From the NCBI GenBank assembly GCA_039028615.1, contig JBCCHT010000082.1, positions 1 to 17,200 on the forward strand: a stretch of 17,200 bases of DNA. The letters run 5' to 3'. The notes under the pieces were generated by a model. That model saw nothing but the letters and a program-made list of their open reading frames with translations. It made no database searches and had not been told where the DNA came from. This DNA is from Myxococcota bacterium (GTDB taxonomy: Bacteria; Myxococcota_A; Polyangia; Nannocystales; Nannocystaceae). The position numbers and the translations under genes were made by a program. Within the stretch, counting starts at the first letter, position 1; every line of letters begins with the position of its first letter. Below are positions 8,026-15,377 of this stretch, one piece after another.

Positions 8026-8397
8026 ATGGAGCTGTGGGTTCACGGCGGTCGATCGCTGTTCTCGCGGGGCGAGCTACCCACCATGCGACAGGCGATGACC
8101 GCAGCTCGCCGAGTGCTCCTGCAAATGTCGATGACACGCCAGCGAGGCAACATCAGCGCGGTGGCGCGAGCGCTGGGGATGAGTCGTCGAGCGGTTCGGG
8201 AGCACCTCAAGAAAACGGGCCTGTACGAACGCGACCCGGCAAGCTCGCCTCTCTCCGAGTTTGCCGCTCCGTCACACGATCATCAACGTGAAGCTTGCAG
8301 CACCGATTGCCAGCCCTGCGGCCAAGAGCACGCTCAGCCAAATCCACCGTTGGCGACCCCGAACCTCGTGAGCCCCGTCTGCTCGCGAGGATCGTAG
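8026..8397 (+). CDS. Stand-alone Fis-type (HTH_8) DNA-binding protein
   Basis: RRVLLQMSMTRQRGNISAVARALGMSRRAVREHLKKTGLY is a Fis/NtrC C-terminal HTH pattern. Start uncertain (ATG 8026 or upstream GTGs near 7945-7966). The tail overlaps the convergent kinase gene by 126 nt. Confidence 0.75.
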   Translation: MELWVHGGRSLFSRGELPTMRQAMTAARRVLLQMSMTRQRGNISAVARALGMSRRAVREHLKKTGLYERDPASSPLSEFAAPSHDHQREACSTDCQPCGQEHAQPNPPLATPNLVSPVCSRGS

Positions 8398-9336
8398 CGT
8401 CTCGAGCAGGGCCTCCATCCCGTGGAATCGCTTGCTCGGATCGAAGGCCAGGCCCTTGCGCAACGCAACGACCCATCCGAGTCCGGGAGCGACCCCTTCC
8501 GGCCACTCCACCCGGCCCCTTCGCATGGCATCCAACATCTCTGGCGCAGTGTCGCCGCCGAAGGGTCGCATCCCGAACAGAGCTTCCCATGCCGTCACGC
8601 AGAAACCGAACTGGTCGCAGGCCGGGTTGATCTGGGCGCTGGAGAACTGCTCGGGCGCCATGTAGGCGGGCGTTCCGACGACCGATCCGGGTCGGGTCAG
8701 CGTGCCCTGCTCGAACGCTGCGAACGGCACAACGCCTGCCATGGTCTCGGCGTCGCTCTTGGGCTCTTCGCGGCCCTGAACCCGAACCAAGCCGAAGTCC
8801 GCGACGCGGACGCGCCCGTCGTCACCAATCAAGACGTTGCTGGGCTTGAAATCTCGATGCACGAGGCCAGCCCGATGAGCGGCGGCTAAGCCCTCCCCTG
8901 CTTGCAGCAGCAGATCATGCACAACCTCGAGGCGACCTGGCCGACCCAACGGGTGCTGCCTCAGCCAGTCCCGCAAGGTCTGCCCTTCCACGAACTCCAT
9001 GGCGACGAAGAGCCGCCCGTCGTGCACTCCCACATCGAATACCGCCACGACGTTGGGATGGGACAAGCGAGCCAGCGCCTGAGCCTCCCGAATCAAACGA
9101 GGGTCGTAGCCGGGGTTCTGCCCCTCGTGCAGCACCTTGAGTGCAACCCGGCGATCCAGTCGCGGATCGTAGGCCGCATACACCTGACCCATTCCCCCGG
9201 ACCCGATGCACCGGAGCACGAGGAATCGGCCGACCGTTTCACCCGGCCGTATGCGAAGAACGGCCCCGTCGGTTCTACCCTCGGGGCACGCTCGAGCAGT
9301 CCGAGTCGTCTCGAACACAGAATCCAACGGGTCCAT
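8272..9336 (-). CDS. Hanks-type Ser/Thr protein kinase with a C-terminal TM helix (354 aa)
   Basis: GSGGMG, VALKVL, REAQAL..LSHPNVV, HRDFKPSNVL, DFGL, GTPAYMAPE and DQFGF are all present. It ends RQRWIWLSVLLAAGLAIGAASFTLMIV. Confidence 0.95.
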   Translation of the reverse strand: MDPLDSVFETTRTARACPEGRTDGAVLRIRPGETVGRFLVLRCIGSGGMGQVYAAYDPRLDRRVALKVLHEGQNPGYDPRLIREAQALARLSHPNVVAVFDVGVHDGRLFVAMEFVEGQTLRDWLRQHPLGRPGRLEVVHDLLLQAGEGLAAAHRAGLVHRDFKPSNVLIGDDGRVRVADFGLVRVQGREEPKSDAETMAGVVPFAAFEQGTLTRPGSVVGTPAYMAPEQFSSAQINPACDQFGFCVTAWEALFGMRPFGGDTAPEMLDAMRRGRVEWPEGVAPGLGWVVALRKGLAFDPSKRFHGMEALLETLRSSRADGAHEVRGRQRWIWLSVLLAAGLAIGAASFTLMIV

Positions 9337-9390
9337 CCTTGCCTAGGTGGTTGTGAGGGCCGGGCCAAACGACGCGTTTTCACTTCCAGG

Positions 9391-9750
9391 CTAGGGGAAC
9401 ACTGAGACAGATGGCTCCGATCCTTCCACGAGCGGGAACCGCATCTCGGAGTTCGACCGAGGACCGTCCTTTGGCGTCCGAACCTCGGCCAGGTCCCTGC
9501 GCACGCGCCTACGAGTCGTCCTCAGGAGTGCGGCCACCTGCGAGATGTTGTCCCCTTGGGATTGCCACACACGAACGACGATCAGTCGCTCGGCAGCACG
9601 AAGGAGCTCGAGCAACGAAGACCGTTCGAACCGCGACGCGATCCTCTCGACCCTTCGGCCGATCTCGGCCCACTGCTCCGAGAAACTCGGCTCGAGGACT
9701 GGTTCAGATGTGCCCGGATCGTTGTGGCTGGTCGTGTACTGGTTGGTCAT
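9391..9750 (-). CDS. Stand-alone Fis-type HTH protein (119 aa)
   Basis: ATG 9750. AAERLIVVRVWQSQGDNISQVAALLRTTRRRVRRDL aligns without gaps to the Fis-type HTH of the other two HTH proteins in the window. Confidence 0.7.
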   Translation of the reverse strand: MTNQYTTSHNDPGTSEPVLEPSFSEQWAEIGRRVERIASRFERSSLLELLRAAERLIVVRVWQSQGDNISQVAALLRTTRRRVRRDLAEVRTPKDGPRSNSEMRFPLVEGSEPSVSVFP

Positions 9751-9763
9751 GGAAGTACCGCAG

Positions 9764-9779
9764 AGCAAGCGGCGTTCCG
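9764..9779 (-). promoter_or_regulatory. Putative sigma54 (-24/-12) promoter
   Basis: Minus strand CGGAACG-CCGC-TTGCT versus consensus TGGCACG-N4-TTGCW. GG-N10-GC spacing is exact. It ends 13 nt before ATG 9750. Confidence 0.65.
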
Positions 9780-9831
9780 GCGATCGAGACCAACAGAATT
9801 CAGTAGGTTGAGAGAAGAACGAGCCTGGCGG

Positions 9832-9869
9832 TTGTGCCCGATGGCACAGGAGCTGCGCCCTCGAGTACG
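9832..9869. promoter_or_regulatory. Putative tandem upstream activator sequences (bEBP enhancer)
   Basis: TTGTGCCCGATGGCACA (9832-9848) contains the perfect inverted repeat TGTGCC-N4-GGCACA, i.e. TGT-N10-ACA. A degenerate copy CTGCGCCCTCGAGTACG (9853-9869) lies 21 bp away. Confidence 0.6.
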
Positions 9870-9929
9870 ACACGTTGGATCGTCGCAGCCCAGCGGAAGC
9901 GGTACCGTAACGCCCAGTTCGCCAAGTCG

Positions 9930-11441
9930 CTACGGAACGTCGGCGCCCGGGACATCCACGGAGCCGTCGATCTCGGGCCGCAGGTCGCCATCGATGTCGA
10001 CCACCGGATCGCCTTGCTGCCAGCGCCCGGCGTTGACCAGAGCCGCAGGCACCAAGCCCAGGTGGAAGTCGCCCCCCGCGAAGTCGGAGAACCAGCCGGT
10101 GTCCATAGGGCCCAGCGCGGTATTGGAGCCGCCGAGGTCAGCCTCGGTTGCGCTGTCGTCCACCGTCGCGCCGCTGCACTGGAGTTCGGGGTCGTTCGTG
10201 CGCGCCACGAGAACCGAGTTGCGGATCTCTACGGTGGAGCCGCCATCGCAGGTCAGGGCTGCCGCGGAGCCGAAGCCGCTGCCAAGGGTGGAGTAGAGCA
10301 CGGTAGCCGTCGTGCCCACGAGTTCAACGCTGGTGCGATCGTTGACGTCTCCGCCGAGGAACGCGTTGCGTGTGACCAGTTCGGCGCTGGCCTCGGCCAC
10401 GATCGCTCCACCTGCATTGCCGACGATCCGACTACGATCGAGCCAGACTCGGCCCCCGACGACCCGGAGTGCTGGATTGTTGGTGGCGTCGTTGCCCGAG
10501 AGCGTCAATCCGTCGAGGAGCACCGTGGCATCCCCGACGTCGAGCTGCGACTCGCTCGACAGCCCCGGCGGCCGCCACGTCGGCTGACCGCCGTCAGCCG
10601 CTCGGAATGCAACGACGTTGCCACCGCTCAGGGTCACGGCTTCGTCGTACACGCCGCCGTGCACGACAATCGTGCCCTCCGCCCCAACCTCGAAGCTGTC
10701 CAAGGCAGCCATCAGCGAGCCGAAATCCTGCCCCGGGCCGACGTGCACCACCGCGTCGGGTGGGAGGCAGGCTCCCGTGAAGAGGTTGCAGGCCGCCTCG
10801 CCGCACTGTGCGTGGGCGGTACATGCAACGCAGGAGTTGGCTTCATCGTCGCAGACGGGCGTCTCTCCTTCGCATGCATCCGGGGTTGCGCCAGTGCACT
10901 CAACACATTGGTCGTCGAGGCACACAGGCAGGCTCGAATCGGCCGATGCACATGCCGCGTTGGGGTCGTCGGTGGCACCGCACGCAACGCATTCGCCTGA
11001 CGCAGGCACGCAGAACGGGGCGTCCTCGTTCATGCAGTCCGTGTTCTCGGTGCACGGCCGCGAGCCGGTCGTGGTCGGCTCGTCCGTCTCCTCGCTGCCC
11101 TCGGAGCCGGAGCCCAAAGTTGCCTCGGAGGTCGTGCCGCCCGTCGTGCCTCCGTCGACGCAGCTCGGGTCTTCAGACAGCGACAGACCCCCGCCGCACG
11201 GACTGTAGCAGGCGTCGTCCTCTGGACGCTGCTCTACGCAGCCATCGCGGCCAGGTGTCGACCCACAGGTACCGCGAGCGCAATACGAACGAGAGCCGTC
11301 CGAGTAGCGAATGGCACACCAGGCATCGCCATCCTGATTCGCACAATGGTCGGCATTCAGGACGGACTGGGCCTCCGGGGCACACGAAACGGCCAGACCC
11401 AGCGCGAAACCAGCGGAGGCAAAGATCGGGGTACGAGGCAT
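9930..11441 (-). CDS. Surface lipoprotein: Cys-rich domains plus a right-handed beta-helix (pectin-lyase-like fold) with a choice-of-anchor-Q-like end (503 aa)
   Basis: Lipobox LAVS-C, N-terminal Cys domain, Thr/Ser/Glu linker, and Cys repeats (C..N.DC....PFC....GECVAC) resembling myxobacterial Cys-rich stalk repeats. Beta-helix cap VHVGPGQDFGSLMAALD...IVVHGGVYDE, then LDGLTLSGN, RIVGNAGGAI, IRNSVL. C-terminal DFHL...LVNAG...DIDGDLRP...DVPGAD. Confidence 0.85.
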   Translation of the reverse strand: MPRTPIFASAGFALGLAVSCAPEAQSVLNADHCANQDGDAWCAIRYSDGSRSYCARGTCGSTPGRDGCVEQRPEDDACYSPCGGGLSLSEDPSCVDGGTTGGTTSEATLGSGSEGSEETDEPTTTGSRPCTENTDCMNEDAPFCVPASGECVACGATDDPNAACASADSSLPVCLDDQCVECTGATPDACEGETPVCDDEANSCVACTAHAQCGEAACNLFTGACLPPDAVVHVGPGQDFGSLMAALDSFEVGAEGTIVVHGGVYDEAVTLSGGNVVAFRAADGGQPTWRPPGLSSESQLDVGDATVLLDGLTLSGNDATNNPALRVVGGRVWLDRSRIVGNAGGAIVAEASAELVTRNAFLGGDVNDRTSVELVGTTATVLYSTLGSGFGSAAALTCDGGSTVEIRNSVLVARTNDPELQCSGATVDDSATEADLGGSNTALGPMDTGWFSDFAGGDFHLGLVPAALVNAGRWQQGDPVVDIDGDLRPEIDGSVDVPGADVP

Positions 11442-11443
11442 GA

Positions 11444-12247
11444 TCAGAAGCGTCCCTGGATGCGTAGACCGGTGAGCCTGGGGCCAACCGAGGGTCCGAC
11501 CGAGACCCGGGCTGGGCGATGACGTAGCACGGCTAGGTCGATCGCGAGCATGGTGGCTCCGACGGCCACTCCTGCAACGCCCACACCCACCCAGGCGCGG
11601 CCTTGCGGGCCGAAGTCGTGGCGGATCTCGCGTTCCTCGTCGCTTGGATCGGAACTGAGAACGTCGCCACGACGGACGCGGCTGATGCCGAAACCGAGGC
11701 CTCCGAGGCCTCCGGCCGCAACGATCATCCCGGTGATGCCGACGGGGCCGATCGGTGGCCGACGGTGATTGGGCTGCTCGGAGGGTCTCGTTGGAGAAAC
11801 GTCCGAGCTTGGCTCGGGTTCATCTCGAGGAGTCGTGCCCGGTTCGGGCTCGGCCGGCGGTGGTTCGTCCAGTTGCTCGAGGGCCGCGGGCAGTCGCTCG
11901 AGCACGGCTTCGCTCACCCCCGAGTCGATGCATGGACACTCAATGCTCTCGAGCATCTGCGGTTTCTCCCCCGGGCGCCGGGTCTCGATGTCGATGCGGT
12001 AGATCGAGGCCTCATAGTCGACCCAGGAGAGCGTGACCACGATCGTTGGAGCGGCCGCTTCCTCGGTCACACCGACGTCGTGAACACCTTTGAGGGCTCC
12101 GACTCCATCTTCGCGAACGTACGCTGCGGTCTCCTCGGCAGCGGAGGCATCCTGATGCCGAAGGAGCGGTGTGGGGTCGACCTCCAGTGCCACCTGCTCA
12201 GGGCTTGCCGCGAGAGTCAGAGCGGCGGCAAAGAGAGACGGGATCAT
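11444..12247 (-). CDS. Exported protein with a Pro-rich linker, two Gly-rich hydrophobic segments and a C-terminal beta-strand ending in Phe (267 aa)
   Basis: Signal MIPSLFAAALTLAA, segments IGPVGITGMIVAAGGLGGLGFGI and AWVGVGVAGVAVGATMLAIDLAVL, and terminal VSVGPSVGPRLTGLRIQGRF. The start overlaps the upstream stop (ATGA). Confidence 0.8.
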   Translation of the reverse strand: MIPSLFAAALTLAASPEQVALEVDPTPLLRHQDASAAEETAAYVREDGVGALKGVHDVGVTEEAAAPTIVVTLSWVDYEASIYRIDIETRRPGEKPQMLESIECPCIDSGVSEAVLERLPAALEQLDEPPPAEPEPGTTPRDEPEPSSDVSPTRPSEQPNHRRPPIGPVGITGMIVAAGGLGGLGFGISRVRRGDVLSSDPSDEEREIRHDFGPQGRAWVGVGVAGVAVGATMLAIDLAVLRHRPARVSVGPSVGPRLTGLRIQGRF

Positions 12248-13839
12248 GGCTGCCCTCGATCGAGTTGGCGGTCGCAGTGAACGGCCATGCGCCGGGCTTC
12301 GGGGTCGGCCGAAGCTTCGCCCAGCTTCACGCAGTCGTTGAACCGTCCGAGTTCGGAGAGAGCCTTGATCCGCATTCGTGTGTAGGCCACCGGGTCGTCC
12401 CAGCAGCGGCGCGTTCTGGTCAGCTCAGCGACTTGCCGCCATTGTCGCGCTTTCCGAGCCGCGGACGCTCGCTCGAGGGTCTCAGGGCAGGGATCGACCT
12501 CCCTCGGCACGGATGCCGAATGAGGCTGGGACCTACGCTTGGATCGGCGAGGGCGTGACGGCGGTGCGGCCTCTGTGGGCGGAGGAATAACCACAGGCTC
12601 CGTAGCGGGCGTGACCGGCTCCGCAGGAGCAGGGGGGTTTCGAGGGGGCTGTTCGGTATTGAAACCGGCGGTGGGCTGTCGCGAGGGTTCTGCGGCAGCG
12701 CGGGGTGACGTCACGGGACTCTCCGCCAACTCAACGCCCACACCTCGCTCCTCGCTCCCGCTCCGCGAGTGCAACCACCACCCGAGGGCCCCCGCTGCAA
12801 CTACGACCGCCACGCTCACGATGAGAAGCACACGTCGCCGTGGCCTCGCCAAATCGATCGAGTGTCGATCGAACGGCTTCGTCGTGACCAGGGAGTCGAC
12901 GCTGGCCTCGTTCGCCGCAACCGCCTGCTCGCCGCTCTCGACCGCGGCGGTCATCACCACGAGCTGCTCGTCGAGCCGCCGCACGACCTCATCCATCGTG
13001 GGTCGTCGCTGAGGCTCGGTCGCGACGCAAGCATCCACGAGCTCGGCCAGGGCCAGCGGCACCGCGTCGTACACTCGAGTATCGATCCGCGGAGGCCGTA
13101 GCTGTCCTTGGCCCTGCAGCTCGATGAACGTGGCGTCATCGCATCGCCCGGGTGCCACCCCCGTGAGCATGTGGACGAGCATCACGCCAAACGCGTAGAC
13201 ATCCATTGCCGCACGGGCTGGCTCGGCTCGAGCTTGCTCCGGGGCCATGAAATGAGGCGTACCCGGGACCTCGTTCATCCGGGTCAACCGCTGCTGGCCG
13301 TCCGAAGGACCTCGAGGCGCCGCGATCTCGCTGGCATGGCTGAGATCGATGAGCACCGCGTTCCCGTCTGCGACGAGCACGTTCATCGGCGTCACGTCGC
13401 GATGAGCAATGCCTCTGCGATGCAGAGCTTGAACCGCCCCCGCCACCTGCCGTGCGAGCCGCGTCGCCTCCGGCGGCGGCAACGGGCCGCGGGCGAGCCG
13501 ACTCCCCAGATCGCGCCCCGGCACCAACTCCATCACCAAGAACGGCCACGCGAAGTCGTGCAGCCGTCCGCCGTCGAGATAGTCGACGAGGTTGCGGTGT
13601 GGTTCGACGCACCGCCCCAGGTCGAGTTCCTGCAGGAATCGTTGCTCCCGCTCGGGTCGGCCCAGGTAGCGCGGAACGATGAGCTTGAGCGCGACCTCGC
13701 GCCCGAGCCGGAGGTCACGGGCCCGGAACACTTGCCCCATGCCCCCCGAACCGAGAGTCCCGAGCAGTTCGAAGCGTCGGTCGAGCACCTGGCCCACTGA
13801 CGGCAACACCGGTCTGGCTGCTTTCTGAGCGGCGCTCAC
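12244..13839 (-). CDS. Transmembrane Ser/Thr kinase with atypical catalytic motifs (531 aa)
   Basis: GSGGMG, VALKL, RFLQE, HRDVTPMN, DLS in place of DFG, GTPHFMAPE, DVYAFG. TM VLLIVSVAVVVAAGALGWWL, Pro-rich linker and a four-Cys helical C-terminal domain. The GTG start overlaps the upstream TGA. Confidence 0.92.
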   Translation of the reverse strand: MSAAQKAARPVLPSVGQVLDRRFELLGTLGSGGMGQVFRARDLRLGREVALKLIVPRYLGRPEREQRFLQELDLGRCVEPHRNLVDYLDGGRLHDFAWPFLVMELVPGRDLGSRLARGPLPPPEATRLARQVAGAVQALHRRGIAHRDVTPMNVLVADGNAVLIDLSHASEIAAPRGPSDGQQRLTRMNEVPGTPHFMAPEQARAEPARAAMDVYAFGVMLVHMLTGVAPGRCDDATFIELQGQGQLRPPRIDTRVYDAVPLALAELVDACVATEPQRRPTMDEVVRRLDEQLVVMTAAVESGEQAVAANEASVDSLVTTKPFDRHSIDLARPRRRVLLIVSVAVVVAAGALGWWLHSRSGSEERGVGVELAESPVTSPRAAAEPSRQPTAGFNTEQPPRNPPAPAEPVTPATEPVVIPPPTEAAPPSRPRRSKRRSQPHSASVPREVDPCPETLERASAARKARQWRQVAELTRTRRCWDDPVAYTRMRIKALSELGRFNDCVKLGEASADPEARRMAVHCDRQLDRGQP

Positions 13840-15116
13840 GACGGACTCTCCTCTTCGGGTGTGTCAGCCTCTGCCGCCTCGCTCTCACCGACTGCGGGTA
13901 GGTGCCGTACTCCGGCCGACGGATCAAGCGCGAAACGTCGTCGCCGTCGCTGAACCAGAGGAGCGTTGGGCTCGGGCCCTGTGGAGGCAGGATCGAAGCG
14001 TTGGGTTGGAACCTCATCATCGGGGTGCAGCCACGGTGATGCCCCTGGCTCCCCCGCCTCGAGTTCCTGCTCCCGTGAAATCTTCACCGTCATGCGGGCC
14101 GACTCTGGTGGAGCTGCGGGCAGGCCCTGCGGAACCTCGACACTGCGAGTCTCCCCATCATCGAGCAACGCCTCCGCAGCCTCCTCGATCTTCGTCATTC
14201 CCGAGCGTGGCTTGCCGACGAAGCGCCGATACAGCTCGGAGAGTACCCGCGTACCCTTCCGATAGCCCGGCCATGCGTCGATGAGCGTCAACGCATCGTC
14301 GGCAGTCGCGATGCGCCGCTCGAGGGCAGGCTCGAGGCCCATGCTTCGGAGCTTCTCGAGCGCGGCCGGCACGTCTTCACGCGAAAGTCCGGGCGGAGGT
14401 GCGTCGAGGATCCGCTGGAGTTCCCCCACCGAAGTCACCTCGCGCGGAGCCTCGCCTGCCAGCATGAAGTGCAGCACCCCGGCCGCACCGTAGATGTCGC
14501 TCTCGAAGCACGCCTCGCCGCGAGCCTGCTCGGGAGCGATGTACTTGAGCGTCCCGAATGCCTCGTCCGAAAGGTCCGCCTCGTAGCGAGCGATCCCAAA
14601 GTCGGTCAGGAACACCTCGCCCTCGGACGAGATCAGCACGTTGCTCGGCGTCACGTCGCGATGGATGACACCTCGGGGCTTCCCGGCCACCGTCCGATTG
14701 TGGGCATGCCGCAGCGCCTCGAAGACCTCCCCTATCACATAGCCCACCGCAGCCAGAGGCAGGCGCTCTCCCTCGTCCGCCAGTGCCCGACAGAACCTCG
14801 CCAGGTCGATCCCATCGACGAACTCCATCACCAGGTACAGGTGCCCGTGCGCTTCGCCGAAGTCCTGCATCGGCACGATTCGGCCGTGTCGCAAGCTCGC
14901 GCCGATCTGCGCCTCGCGGAAGAAACGGCGCCGATAGCCGTCGTCCAACGCGAGCCGAGGCCGGAGAATCTTGAGCACACACGGTTTCGCCAGGCCCTGC
15001 TTGTTGGCCAGCCACACCTCGCCCATGCCGCCGCTACCGATGAACTCGAGGGGCCGATACTGCCCAAGCTCGCGGGGCACGCTGGGTTCGACTTGCATCG
15101 CGTCTCGGTCCGTCAT
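13836..15116 (-). CDS. Cytoplasmic Ser/Thr protein kinase (about 426 aa)
   Basis: GSGGMG, CVLKIL, RFFREA, HRDVTPSN, DFGIAR, GTLKYIAPE, SDIYG. No TM. Low-complexity acidic tail. ATG 15116 (or 15098) is preferred over TTG 15143, which falls inside the predicted promoter. Confidence 0.93.
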   Translation of the reverse strand: MTDRDAMQVEPSVPRELGQYRPLEFIGSGGMGEVWLANKQGLAKPCVLKILRPRLALDDGYRRRFFREAQIGASLRHGRIVPMQDFGEAHGHLYLVMEFVDGIDLARFCRALADEGERLPLAAVGYVIGEVFEALRHAHNRTVAGKPRGVIHRDVTPSNVLISSEGEVFLTDFGIARYEADLSDEAFGTLKYIAPEQARGEACFESDIYGAAGVLHFMLAGEAPREVTSVGELQRILDAPPPGLSREDVPAALEKLRSMGLEPALERRIATADDALTLIDAWPGYRKGTRVLSELYRRFVGKPRSGMTKIEEAAEALLDDGETRSVEVPQGLPAAPPESARMTVKISREQELEAGEPGASPWLHPDDEVPTQRFDPASTGPEPNAPLVQRRRRRFALDPSAGVRHLPAVGESEAAEADTPEEESPS

Positions 15117-15138
15117 CGGGGGCCTACCACGACTCCGA

Positions 15139-15154
15139 AGCAAGCCGAGCGCCG
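15139..15154 (-). promoter_or_regulatory. Putative sigma54 (-24/-12) promoter of the kinase operon
   Basis: Minus strand CGGCGCT-CGGC-TTGCT with exact GG-N10-GC spacing. It shares CGG and GCTTGCT with the 9764-9779 element. Confidence 0.6.
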
Positions 15155-15199
15155 GATCGCGAACTCAATGAACCCGCGAACTTGGCGATCTCAGACGCA

Positions 15200-15244
15200 G
15201 GCGGTTGTTCCCCCGGGCGCAGCGATTGGTCCCAAGGGCACAGG
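15200..15244. promoter_or_regulatory. Putative tandem upstream activator sequences (bEBP enhancer)
   Basis: TTGTTCCCCCGGGCGCA (15205-15221) and TTGGTCCCAAGGGCACA (15226-15242), 21 bp apart. 15200-15222 matches 9827-9849 at 18/23 nt, and 15226-15244 matches 9832-9850 at 15/19 nt. Confidence 0.65.
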
Positions 15245-15345
15245 TGGCCGACTCGAGCTGCCGACTGAAGCGTGCCCGGTCGTCCGGCTGGTCTCTTGAT
15301 CGGTGGTCAGCGACGGCCCGCCATCGACACGAACTCGGCGCGCGC

Positions 15346-15361
15346 TGGGTTCCGGCGTGCT
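15346..15361 (+). promoter_or_regulatory. Possible sigma54-like promoter of the activator gene
   Basis: TGGGTTC-CGGC-GTGCT has GG-N10-GC spacing and ends 16 nt before ATG 15378. It is a weaker consensus match and could be chance in GC-rich DNA. Confidence 0.3.
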
Positions 15362-15377
15362 ATCCCCCGCCCCAGAT

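Noticed and set aside
9842..9856. Plus-strand TGGCACAGGAGCTGC as a sigma54 promoter
   Set aside because: It points antisense into the lipoprotein gene and is better explained as the right arm of the enhancer palindrome. An antisense promoter cannot be fully excluded.
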